This document shows, piece after piece, positions 19,026-27,859 of a stretch of 64,000 nt of DNA (within the stretch, counting starts at the first letter, position 1; the number at the start of each line of letters is the position of its first letter). The DNA lies in NCBI GenBank assembly GCA_017448545.1, contig JAFSLH010000005.1, forward strand, positions 52,627 through 116,626, written 5' to 3'. Both the position numbers and the translations under genes were made by a program. This DNA comes from Clostridia bacterium (GTDB lineage Bacteria > Bacillota > Clostridia > Christensenellales > CAG-138). The notes below the pieces were generated by a model. It was not told the DNA's origin, made no database searches, and was given only the letters and a program-made list of their open reading frames with translations.

Positions 19026-19563
19026 ACTGCAGCGGATTCGAAAATTCCTGACCGGATTGTTGTTGCTGGCTGTCGTTGTACTGCTTGGCGTTTGGCCGGA
19101 GATCGGATACGACGTTCTGATCATCGTGCTGTGCGTGGGAATGCTGGCCTACGGCATCCGTATGCTGATCTACTATTTTGTGATGGCGCGGCATATGGTG
19201 CGCGGAAAGCTGATTTTGCTGATCGGGATTTTGATGGTGGACTTCGGCCTGTTTGCGCTGACGCTGTCGCACATCCCGAAAGTGTATATGCTGCTGTATC
19301 TGTTCCTCGGGCACATGTTTTACAGCGTGATCGACATCATGCGCGCGATGGAGGCACGGAAAAACAGTTCTCCCCGCTGGCAGTTCAAGCTGCTGTTCGG
19401 CGCATTCAATCTTCTGATTGCGCTGTTTGCACTGATCGGCGGTCTTGTAGTGCGTTCGGTGCGCGTACCGGTCTATATCTACGCCGTCGGTCTCCTGTAC
19501 ACCGGCATTGAACGGATTGTCGACGCGTTCCGGAAAACGGACGTTATGTTCTTCGAGACGTAA
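19018..19563 (+). CDS. HdeD/DUF308-like membrane protein
   Basis: The ATG at 19018 follows GGAGGAGG and overlaps the upstream gene by 8 nt. It has about six TM segments in a repeated small-helix pattern. Confidence 0.55.
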   Translation: MSKLQRIRKFLTGLLLLAVVVLLGVWPEIGYDVLIIVLCVGMLAYGIRMLIYYFVMARHMVRGKLILLIGILMVDFGLFALTLSHIPKVYMLLYLFLGHMFYSVIDIMRAMEARKNSSPRWQFKLLFGAFNLLIALFALIGGLVVRSVRVPVYIYAVGLLYTGIERIVDAFRKTDVMFFET

Positions 19564-19566
19564 GTT

Positions 19567-19596
19567 AAAACCGACCGTACGACGCGGTCGGTTTTG
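19567..19596. terminator. Bidirectional intrinsic terminator
   Basis: AAAACCGACCG-TACGACG-CGGTCGGTTTT lies between convergent genes. Confidence 0.7.
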
Positions 19597-19614
19597 TACT
19601 GCCCGAAAAAAGTG

Positions 19615-20718
19615 CTATTCCGCAAAAACGGAGCGCAGGAAGGTCTTTACAACGGCGCTGTCGCATGTTCCCGGCGTTTTGGCAAGGTTCGGAACGGTCA
19701 GCGGCCAGCGCGGAAGAAGCGCGTCCAGCTCGGCGTCGGAAAGATGAAAATGATACGGAGGCAAGAGCTTTTGCAGCAGGGATTCGATGCGGGCGATATC
19801 CATACCGGTTTTTGCGCGGAACAGAGACGCGACTTCCGGCGCGGCTGCTTCGGAATGTCGGAGAAATGCCGTAAGGAAACAGGCGCAGGCAAACCCGTGC
19901 GGAACCCCGTACTGTTCCGAAAGCAAATACCCGATCGTGTGCGGCGCACAGGTGCCGGTGACCGAAATGGCCATCCCGCCGAGGATGGATGCACTGTAGA
20001 GCGATTCGCGCATCTGCGCGTCCGGTGTGATTCCGGAGGCGACCTGCTCCAGCGCAGGAACAAGCAGACGAATGCCTTCCGTGGCGAGCGCGCGTGATAC
20101 GTCCGATGCGGGTTTGCTCCAGAAGCTTTCCGCACAATGACACAGAGCGTCCACGCCGGTCGAAGCAGTGACGGCGTGCGGCATCGTTGCGGTGTACCGC
20201 GGATCGCCGAACGAAAGCGCAGCATACAGATCGTTGCCGCGAACGCTGCGCTTGCGGCCTTCGGAATTCGTGATAACGGCGACGGAGGTTACTTCACTGC
20301 CCGTTCCGGCGGTCGTCCCGACCAGCACGATCGGAACGGGACGGTTCGCCCATTCCAAACGGTAGAGCGCGTCCTCGGCTGCTTCGGGGTTGGCGATGCA
20401 CACCGCGATCACCTTTGCCGCATCAAGCGGCGAACCGCCGCCGACGCCGACGACAAAGTCCGCACAAAAATCCGCGCCGATCTGTCCGCCCGCAAGGCAG
20501 GAAGCCATCGTCGGATTCTGCCGGATACCGTCATAGACGGTATAAGCGATGTTTTGCTCGGACAGCGCAGCCGTCACGTCGTCCAGTGCGCCGCAGGTCT
20601 TGGCGGACGAACCGCCGGTAACGATCAGACAGCGTCGACCGAATGCGGAAAGCGCCGCGCCGTTGGAACGAACGACGTTGTTCCCTGTTATGAGCCGAAA
20701 CGGCATATAAAACTGCAT
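19615..20718 (-). CDS. Iron-containing alcohol dehydrogenase family protein
   Basis: Motifs GGGSPLDAAK, and GVPHG near the C-terminus. The ATG at 20718 follows GGAGG. The length is 367 aa. Confidence 0.85.
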   Translation of the reverse strand: MQFYMPFRLITGNNVVRSNGAALSAFGRRCLIVTGGSSAKTCGALDDVTAALSEQNIAYTVYDGIRQNPTMASCLAGGQIGADFCADFVVGVGGGSPLDAAKVIAVCIANPEAAEDALYRLEWANRPVPIVLVGTTAGTGSEVTSVAVITNSEGRKRSVRGNDLYAALSFGDPRYTATMPHAVTASTGVDALCHCAESFWSKPASDVSRALATEGIRLLVPALEQVASGITPDAQMRESLYSASILGGMAISVTGTCAPHTIGYLLSEQYGVPHGFACACFLTAFLRHSEAAAPEVASLFRAKTGMDIARIESLLQKLLPPYHFHLSDAELDALLPRWPLTVPNLAKTPGTCDSAVVKTFLRSVFAE

Positions 20719-20894
20719 ATCGAATCCTCCCGAAATGATTCTGGAATCAGTATAACATATCATAACGGATTCCGACAGGGGAAACTGCCGATAGATTTTA
20801 CGCAATTCTACGGAAATTCATAGAACCTTCGTATTTTTGCCATATTTCCATGCTATAGTAGGCAAAAACAGAAACGAAACGGAGATTACTCTGT

Positions 20895-21488
20895 ATGAAG
20901 AAAAAACAAATGACAGCTGTGCTTCTGGCGCTCCTTCTGCTGATTGCGGCGGTTCCGTCACTCGGGGAAGGAGAGGATATCGTCATCGACGCAGTGCATT
21001 CAAGCGACGAATACAAAGCGCTGTTGATGGACGCTTTTGATCAGACCGTGCTCGGCGCGAATACGAACGTGCGGCAGCAGTTGAAAAAGATCCTGTATCT
21101 CGACTCGATTGAAGTGGATGCGACGGCGTATAACGCGATCGTTTCGGCGGTGCAGCGCACGCTGGATACGCAATCGCTTTCCGAGGGCGCGACGCTGGAT
21201 TCCTATACGGAACAGGACCTTGCCGTCGCGGTCGAATTGATCAACGCCGTGTGCGACGCGCTCGATCTCGACTGCTCGATCGACCCGAGCAACGACTCGC
21301 AAAACGAATATGCGCGTGTGATTACGATCAAAAAGAACGGAAAAGTGCTCGGCAAAATCAATTCCGACGCCAAGACCGACGTGGGCGAACGCGCTTCCGT
21401 CGTTTGGATCGCGGTCGGAGGCGCTTTGCTGCTGGCTGCGCTTGCGTCCGGCGTTTGGATTCTGACGCACAGAAGGGAAAACGCCTGA
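20895..21488 (+). CDS. Secreted protein with sorting-signal-like C-terminus
   Basis: It has a signal peptide (MKKKQMTAVLLALLLLIAAVPSLG). The C-terminus is a 22-aa hydrophobic stretch followed by HRRENA. Confidence 0.6.
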   Translation: MKKKQMTAVLLALLLLIAAVPSLGEGEDIVIDAVHSSDEYKALLMDAFDQTVLGANTNVRQQLKKILYLDSIEVDATAYNAIVSAVQRTLDTQSLSEGATLDSYTEQDLAVAVELINAVCDALDLDCSIDPSNDSQNEYARVITIKKNGKVLGKINSDAKTDVGERASVVWIAVGGALLLAALASGVWILTHRRENA

Positions 21489-22156
21489 TGGAATCTGCTG
21501 CTAAAAAACGAAAATCGGGCCGGCTGCTGCTTCTTCTGCCGTTTTTGCTGTACGTTGCCGGGCTTTTTTTCGTCGGCATCTATGTATTCGGCACAGTTGC
21601 GGAGGAGAACGCGTATATCTCGCTGCTCGTTGCGGACAGCGCGCCGCAGGAAACGGAAGATATGGACACCGGTTTTGTGCCGGGCGAACGGCCGTCGCGG
21701 CTCGTGCAGATTCCGTCGGTTGCATACGGCAAGCAGTTTGCGCGACTCAATGTGACATGGGAAGGGGACGGATGGGATATCATAAACATTCCCGTCTATC
21801 TCGGCTCGGATAAAAAGACGCTGAAAAAAGGCGCCGGCATGTCTTTCGCTTCGTATTTCCCGGGCGAACGCGGCTGTACAATCATCTCAGCGCACGTTAC
21901 GCGACACTTTGCGGAACTCGAGGAAACGCCGGTCGGCGCGACGGTTCTGCTCGAAACGAGCTACGGCCCGTACCGTTACGAAGTGACGGAGAAGTACGAG
22001 GGCGTGGACGGCGCCGATCGCTGGTATATGGACGCATCCGTCGACTATGATCTGATTCTGTATTCCTGCTATCCGCGGGACAACAACGGCGAGCGCAGGA
22101 CGCAGCGCTGCGTGCTCTGCTGCAAACTCGTCGACGGTGTGGAGGTGGAACAATGA
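21488..22156 (+). CDS. Sortase family transpeptidase
   Basis: N-terminal TM segment, then GMSFASYFPG, IISAHVTRHFAELEE-VGATVLLET, LILYSCYP (a TLxTC-like Cys) and a downstream Arg. A TGATG overlap couples it to the upstream gene. Confidence 0.65.
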   Translation: MESAAKKRKSGRLLLLLPFLLYVAGLFFVGIYVFGTVAEENAYISLLVADSAPQETEDMDTGFVPGERPSRLVQIPSVAYGKQFARLNVTWEGDGWDIINIPVYLGSDKKTLKKGAGMSFASYFPGERGCTIISAHVTRHFAELEETPVGATVLLETSYGPYRYEVTEKYEGVDGADRWYMDASVDYDLILYSCYPRDNNGERRTQRCVLCCKLVDGVEVEQ

Positions 22157-22986
22157 GCCTCACAAAAGCAATCGGAACGGTCGTTCTGTGTCTGCTGTTG
22201 CTGTTCTCCACAGCGCTTTCGGCTGTATCGGGTCTTCTGACCTTCGTTGTCCTGAACCCGACGTATTACAAGGCCATGCTGCCGACAAAGGCGTATTGCG
22301 ATGAATTGCGGGAGCGGATCGGCGAAAACCTGGATCATGTTGCGATTCTGTACGGGCTTTCGGAAGGTTCGCTGAATGAGATCGTAACGGATGCGGATAT
22401 CCGCGCCTATACCGGCGCACTGATCGACGAACTGTTCAATGAACAAACGACGGAAACGTTGACGCTGCCGGCGTTTCCGACCGAAGGATTTGCGGCGTAC
22501 TTACGAGCGCATACCGCGTACAGCGAACAGGCGATCGCAGACATTTCGGAGGACTGCGCCGCTTCGGTCAGCGAAGACCTTGCCGCCGTCAACGTCGGCC
22601 TGATCGTGCAGGGCTTTGCACGGATGCGCGATTCGCGGCTTTCGCAGTTTGCGCCGATCCTGTTTCTTGCGTCGGCGCTTCTGACGGTGATCCTGATCGC
22701 GATGGCGATTGCGGCGTATGCCGAAGAACGCAGGGCGCGCGGCGTCGTCATTTGGGGCGGGCTGTTCCTCGGAACGGCGACCTTGTTTGTGCCGCTGTCA
22801 CAGTTCTGGCTGTTCGACTTTGTCGGGCGGCTGAACATTTCCGCATCCGCGTTCCGGACGATTCTGACCGGTTTTCTGAACACGGCACTGTACGGATGCC
22901 TGACGGTGCTCGGAATTGCAATGATCGGAACGTTTCTGCTTCTGATGTTTGCCTGCTTGCGGAACAAACGGAAAAGACGGTCGTGA
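22153..22986 (+). CDS. Hypothetical membrane protein
   Basis: An ATGA overlap couples it to the sortase gene. It has an N-terminal TM segment, a soluble domain, three C-terminal TM segments and a KRKRRS tail. Confidence 0.55.
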   Translation: MSLTKAIGTVVLCLLLLFSTALSAVSGLLTFVVLNPTYYKAMLPTKAYCDELRERIGENLDHVAILYGLSEGSLNEIVTDADIRAYTGALIDELFNEQTTETLTLPAFPTEGFAAYLRAHTAYSEQAIADISEDCAASVSEDLAAVNVGLIVQGFARMRDSRLSQFAPILFLASALLTVILIAMAIAAYAEERRARGVVIWGGLFLGTATLFVPLSQFWLFDFVGRLNISASAFRTILTGFLNTALYGCLTVLGIAMIGTFLLLMFACLRNKRKRRS

Positions 22987-23045
22987 CAAAGAAAGTAACA
23001 ACAGCGCTTGGATTGCTCCTTGCGCTGTTTTGCTTTGCTTGGCTG

Positions 23046-24272
23046 TTATGCGCGCTTATGCGGAAACGGTTTTCGCCAGATGTATTTGTTCAGCACTTCC
23101 ACAACCATAAAGCCGAGGACGATGCCGAAGCAGACGAGCAGCAGGTCGATTCCTTTTTGCAGCGCAAAGGGGAGGTCGTTTGTGACGAATCCGTACATCA
23201 TGTAGTACAGTGATGCGCCGGGGATCAGCGGGATCGCGGAAATTGTCTGGAAGATGGTGGCCGGGGCCTTGTGAATCCGCGCCATGATCTGCGCAAACAG
23301 TGCGGATGCGGCGGAGCCGAGCACGGTCGCAAAAAACACGTTCGGAATCCAAAGATACGCGAGAAGGTAAACGCCCCAAACGAGCAGCGAGCCGATCGCA
23401 CAGGAGAGAATCTTCCAGCCGCGTACGCCGAACCAGATCGAAAAACCGACGCCGGCGGCTGCGCTTGCAGCGAGCGCAAGAATCGGACTCGGATTCAGAA
23501 GCAGCGATTCTGTTTCGCCGATGAAGCCGAGCATCAGAAGCGGCAGCGCAATGCCCATTGCAATTCCGATCGCGCCGGTAAACGACGCGATGATGTTCAT
23601 AACGCCGGAAAGCGTATCAAGATGTACGAGGTCGCGAACGCCGTTCGTCGTGCCAAGGCCGGAGATCAGCAGCATCACGACGCCGATTGTGATGTAGCCG
23701 ATGTGGTTTCCGAATCCGAACCGAACGGACAGCACGATGAACAGTTCGGCGAAAAACGAGATGATCAGGTTCAGCACCATCGGGTTGGATTCGCGTTTCG
23801 AAAGCAGCCGAACGAGCAGCGTGACGATCAATGACGCGACGGCGCAAACGCAGGTGTCGAGCAGATTGCAGTTGAAAAAGACGCCGAAGCCGGAACCGGC
23901 AATCACGCCGCCGACGCAATGCAGCCAGAGAGACAGGGAAGGCAGAGCGGTGATCTTGCTCAGCCGGGATTCCAAATCGGCGGCGGCAGGCCGTTCGATA
24001 CACGCGTTGCGGCAAAGCGCATTGAGCTTGTCCAATCGGTCAAAGTTGACGCCCGGACCGCGGACGTGTCGAATCTGCGTCAGACGTTCTCCGTCCGGCG
24101 TCGTAACGGTCGCCTGAATATTGCTCGGCACAACCCAGATGTTGCAGGCAGAAAACGAATACGCGTCGCACAGCCGATACAGACTGTCTTCGACACGATG
24201 CGTTTCAGCGCCGCTGCGAATCAGTTCAGCACCGATATCCAGAATCAAACCGAGAATTTTTGCGGATTCCAT
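23046..24272 (-). CDS. Threonine/serine exporter family protein (fused ThrE-like DUF1212+DUF3815)
   Basis: The N-terminus ILDIGAELIRSGAETHRVEDS and about 10 TM segments fit this family. Confidence 0.75.
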   Translation of the reverse strand: MESAKILGLILDIGAELIRSGAETHRVEDSLYRLCDAYSFSACNIWVVPSNIQATVTTPDGERLTQIRHVRGPGVNFDRLDKLNALCRNACIERPAAADLESRLSKITALPSLSLWLHCVGGVIAGSGFGVFFNCNLLDTCVCAVASLIVTLLVRLLSKRESNPMVLNLIISFFAELFIVLSVRFGFGNHIGYITIGVVMLLISGLGTTNGVRDLVHLDTLSGVMNIIASFTGAIGIAMGIALPLLMLGFIGETESLLLNPSPILALAASAAAGVGFSIWFGVRGWKILSCAIGSLLVWGVYLLAYLWIPNVFFATVLGSAASALFAQIMARIHKAPATIFQTISAIPLIPGASLYYMMYGFVTNDLPFALQKGIDLLLVCFGIVLGFMVVEVLNKYIWRKPFPHKRA

Positions 24273-24355
24273 AAATGCCTCTGCTCTAATACAATACCGC
24301 GGTCAGTATAGCATATTCCGTCCTGCGGTTCAAGAGAGAATCCCGAAATGCGAAC

Positions 24356-24384
24356 GAAAAACCGGACAGGTTTTCCTGCCCGGC
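24356..24384 (-). terminator. Intrinsic terminator of glgP
   Basis: On the minus strand, CCGGGCAGG-AAAA-CCTGTCCGG is followed by TTTTT. Confidence 0.65.
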
Positions 24385-24397
24385 TTTGTGGATTGCT

Positions 24398-26767
24398 TTA
24401 GTTCAGTTTCACGGAGTCTTCGCACTGCAGCGGCTCGATGTGCCAGATTTCGGAAGCATACTGACCGATCGAACGGTCGGAACTGAACTTCCCGGCGGAG
24501 GCCGTGTTCATCAGGCACTTCTTGCCGAACGCAAGACGATCCTGATAGTCGTACAGCGCGCGCGTCTTCGTGTCGATGTAGGGCAAAAGCTCCTGCAGCA
24601 CGAAGTAGTAGTCCGGCTTCTGCCATCCGTTGCCGAACAGCAGGGAACGATGCAGGTCGGCGAGAACGCCGGTTCCGTTGTCGTTGAACGTGCCGTCTAC
24701 GAGCGTATCCAGTACGCGGCGTACGCGCGGTTCATAGTCATAGATGACTTTCGGATTGTACCGCGGACGCAGCGCGTTGAGGTCCTGCACGCTGTGGCCG
24801 AAGATATAGTTGTTCTCCAGACCGGCCTGTTCGACGATTTCAATGTTCGCACCGTCAAACGTGCCGAGCGTAACTGCGCCGTTCAGCATCAGCTTCATGT
24901 TGCCGGTGCCGGACGCTTCCGTACCGGCGGGGCTGATCTGCTCGGAAATGTCGGCCGCAGGGATGATGTGCTCTGCATAGGAGCAATTGTAGTTCTGAAC
25001 GAACACGACGCGCAGCTTATCCTTCATGTCGGGATCGGCGTTGATCTTCTTGGCGATCTCGTTGATGAACTTGATAACAGCCTTCGCGCGGAAGTAGCCG
25101 GGAGCAGCCTTGGCGCCGAAGATGAACGCTGTCGGTGTGAAATCCTTCAGGCGACCGTCCTTGATGCCGAAATAGATATCCAGAATCGCAAACGCGTTCA
25201 AAACCTGACGCTTGTATTCGTGCATACGCTTGACCTGTACGTCAAACGCAAACGTTTCGGGCAGATCCACGCCTTCGCGCTCCAGAATGATCTTGCGAAG
25301 CTGACGCTTTTTCTCGGTCTTGACGGCAAGGAATTCTTCAATATCGCGATCGGTCATATGCTCCTTGAGACCGGAGATCACGGACAGGTCCTTCAGCCAG
25401 CCGTTTCCGACGCGCTCGGTGATGTAGTCGGCGAGTTCGGGGTTGCAGACGCCGAGCCAGCGGCGCTGCGTAATGCCGTTCGTCTTGTTCTGGAACCGTT
25501 CCGGATACAGAACGTACCAGGGATGCAGCACGTCGTCCTTCAGAATCTGCGTATGGATTTCGGCAACGCCGTTCACGCAGCTCGAGCCGTAAACCGCAAG
25601 GTTCGCCATGCGGATCACATTGTTGGAGACGATCGCATACGGTTCGCAATCCATGCCCTTTGCCATCAGCTCGCCGCAGAGCTTTGCGTTGATCTGATAG
25701 ATGATTTCGAAGATTTCCGGCAGCAGACCGCGGAACAGCTCGACGTTCCACTTTTCGAGCGCCTCGACCATGACGGTATGATTCGTGTAGCAAAACGTTT
25801 TCTGCGCGATTGCGAACGCTTCTTCGAACGTGAGACCTTCTTTCTTCAGAAGCCGGATCAGTTCGGGGATCGAAACGGTCGGATGCGTGTCGTTCAGCTG
25901 AATCGTGACGTACTTGTAGAGATCGGTAATCGGATGATTCTCGCGCTTATAGCGGAAAAGGATATCCTGCAGACTGGCGGAGGAGAGGAAATACTGCTGC
26001 TTTAAGCGCAGACGCTTTCCGGCCGGCGTCGTATCGTTCGGATAGAGGACGCGGGTGATATCTTCCACGGCGTTCTTCTCCAAAACGGCGGAAGCGTACT
26101 CCTGGTTGTTGAAGGACTGGAAATCGAAATCGCGCACGGCTTCGCTCTGCCAAAGACGGAGCGTACCGATATTGCTCGTGCCGTAGCCGATGATCGGCAT
26201 GTCGTAGGGAACGGCGCGCACGGTCTGATCCGAGAAGGAGACAAGCACTTCGTGGGAAGCGCGGCGACGGCTCCAAGGATCGCCGAAGCGCTGCCAATCG
26301 TCTGCGGATTCGACCTGGAATCCGTTCTGGAAGCTCTGCTTGAACAGGCCGTATTTGTAGCGCAGTCCGTAGCCGTCAAGCGGAAGGTTCATGGTTGCAG
26401 CGGAATCAAGATAGCAGGCGGCAAGTCTGCCGAGACCGCCGTTGCCGAGCGCGTCGTCTTCGATCTCTTCAAACATGTTGAGGTCGAGACCCTTTTCGGC
26501 AAACGCTTTTTTCACGTCGTCCAGAATGCCGAGCGCAAACAGGTTGTTGTAAACGCTGCGGCCGGTCAGATACTCTGCGCTGAAGTAGAACGCGCTGCGC
26601 GCATGCTCGTGCGCATGGCGGCTGGCGTACCAGGCGTCCGCAATTGCGCCCATCACGCAGGTCGAGAGCGCGTTGTGCAGCTCCTGCGGCGTCGCCTCCT
26701 GAAGCGTGGTCTGGAAATCGCGTTTGAGCACCAGGGAAATGTGATCCATAATGGCGTCGGTTTGCAT
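24398..26767 (-). CDS. glgP: Glycogen/alpha-glucan phosphorylase
   Basis: 789 aa with motifs EAxGTGNMK (GTEASGTGNMKLMLNG) and LGNGGLGRLAAC. An AAGGAG RBS precedes the start. Confidence 0.95.
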   Translation of the reverse strand: MQTDAIMDHISLVLKRDFQTTLQEATPQELHNALSTCVMGAIADAWYASRHAHEHARSAFYFSAEYLTGRSVYNNLFALGILDDVKKAFAEKGLDLNMFEEIEDDALGNGGLGRLAACYLDSAATMNLPLDGYGLRYKYGLFKQSFQNGFQVESADDWQRFGDPWSRRRASHEVLVSFSDQTVRAVPYDMPIIGYGTSNIGTLRLWQSEAVRDFDFQSFNNQEYASAVLEKNAVEDITRVLYPNDTTPAGKRLRLKQQYFLSSASLQDILFRYKRENHPITDLYKYVTIQLNDTHPTVSIPELIRLLKKEGLTFEEAFAIAQKTFCYTNHTVMVEALEKWNVELFRGLLPEIFEIIYQINAKLCGELMAKGMDCEPYAIVSNNVIRMANLAVYGSSCVNGVAEIHTQILKDDVLHPWYVLYPERFQNKTNGITQRRWLGVCNPELADYITERVGNGWLKDLSVISGLKEHMTDRDIEEFLAVKTEKKRQLRKIILEREGVDLPETFAFDVQVKRMHEYKRQVLNAFAILDIYFGIKDGRLKDFTPTAFIFGAKAAPGYFRAKAVIKFINEIAKKINADPDMKDKLRVVFVQNYNCSYAEHIIPAADISEQISPAGTEASGTGNMKLMLNGAVTLGTFDGANIEIVEQAGLENNYIFGHSVQDLNALRPRYNPKVIYDYEPRVRRVLDTLVDGTFNDNGTGVLADLHRSLLFGNGWQKPDYYFVLQELLPYIDTKTRALYDYQDRLAFGKKCLMNTASAGKFSSDRSIGQYASEIWHIEPLQCEDSVKLN

Positions 26768-26944
26768 AAATACTCCTTACGTTTTGCCAATCTGCACAAA
26801 CATGCACATTAGCAGAATTCGATGGTATTATACCATATTCGCTTTCGAAAATATGGTTCTTTACAGCCTTTTTGCGTAAAAGTTTTGTAAACGGAATACC
26901 GTAAAATTTACAGAAAGTGGAAGCAAAAAAACGGATGTCGCATC

Positions 26945-26973
26945 TTGTCCAATCTGCAAATTCGGTATATAAT
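26945..26973 (+). promoter_or_regulatory. Sigma-A-type promoter of the dat operon (TTGTCC-17-TATAAT)
   Basis: TTGTCC at 26945-26950, a 17-nt spacer, and TATAAT at 26968-26973. It lies 40 nt upstream of the dat ATG. Confidence 0.5.
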
Positions 26974-27013
26974 GACAAAATAGTATGCAAATAAGAATGG
27001 GGATATTATCGCT

Positions 27014-27859
27014 ATGTCGTCAATCGGATATTATAACGGAACCATGGACGCGCCGGACCGGATCCGGATTCCGCTTCTGGATCGCGCAGTCTGTTTCGGT
27101 GACGGATGCTATGAAGCGTGCTTTGTTCGAAACGGAAAAGGCTTTGGACTCGAGGCGCATATCGACCGGTTCTACAGGAGCCTTGCGCTGTTGCGGATTC
27201 AGCCGTACAGCGATCGCGAAACGCTGAAAGCGATCCTGGCGCAATGCGTGGCGGCGGCGAACGAGCCGACTTCGGTGCTCTATTGGCAATGCTCGCGCGG
27301 AACGGCTCCGCGGAAGCACGCGTTTCCGCCTGCGGACGTTCCTTCCAATCTGGCGGTTACGGTTACGCCGAAGCCGCTGCCGGAGGCGCACGGAACGGTT
27401 CGGCTGATGACAGCCGAGGATATTCGATACACGATGTGCAACGCCAAAACACTGAACCTGCTGCCGAACGTTCTGACGAATCAGATCGCAACGGATCGCG
27501 GACTGGACGGCGCGATCTTTCTCCGGAACGGAATCGTTACGGAGGGGACGCACTCCAACGTTCACATTCTGCAGGACGGCGTATTCATTACGCATCCCGC
27601 GGATCAGTACATCCTGAACGGCATTACGAGAGCCGTTCTGCTTGATACGTGTGCTGCGCTCGGAATCCCCGTCCGGGAAGAACCGTTTACCCGGGAACGG
27701 CTGTTTACTGCCGATGCGGTGCTGATTTCGGCAAGCACGGCCGGCCCGCGGACGGTTACGGAGATCGACGGCGTCGCCGTCGGCGGCAAAGACAACGGAT
27801 TGGCGAAAGCGCTGCAGACAGCGTATTATCAACGGTTTCTGAAAGAGACGGAAGCATGA
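27014..27859 (+). CDS. dat: D-amino-acid aminotransferase (class IV aminotransferase)
   Basis: 281 aa. The N-terminus GYYNGTM-IPLLDRAVCFGDGCYE, plus a class IV fold signature, resembles Dat. Confidence 0.8.
   Translation: MSSIGYYNGTMDAPDRIRIPLLDRAVCFGDGCYEACFVRNGKGFGLEAHIDRFYRSLALLRIQPYSDRETLKAILAQCVAAANEPTSVLYWQCSRGTAPRKHAFPPADVPSNLAVTVTPKPLPEAHGTVRLMTAEDIRYTMCNAKTLNLLPNVLTNQIATDRGLDGAIFLRNGIVTEGTHSNVHILQDGVFITHPADQYILNGITRAVLLDTCAALGIPVREEPFTRERLFTADAVLISASTAGPRTVTEIDGVAVGGKDNGLAKALQTAYYQRFLKETEA

Noticed and set aside
26885-26900. A cre-like (CcpA) sequence, TTGTAAACGGAATACC, between glgP and dat.
   Set aside because: It matches the TGNAANCGNWNNCA consensus only if the 3' half is shifted by one base. 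This is too weak to call without a scoring matrix.
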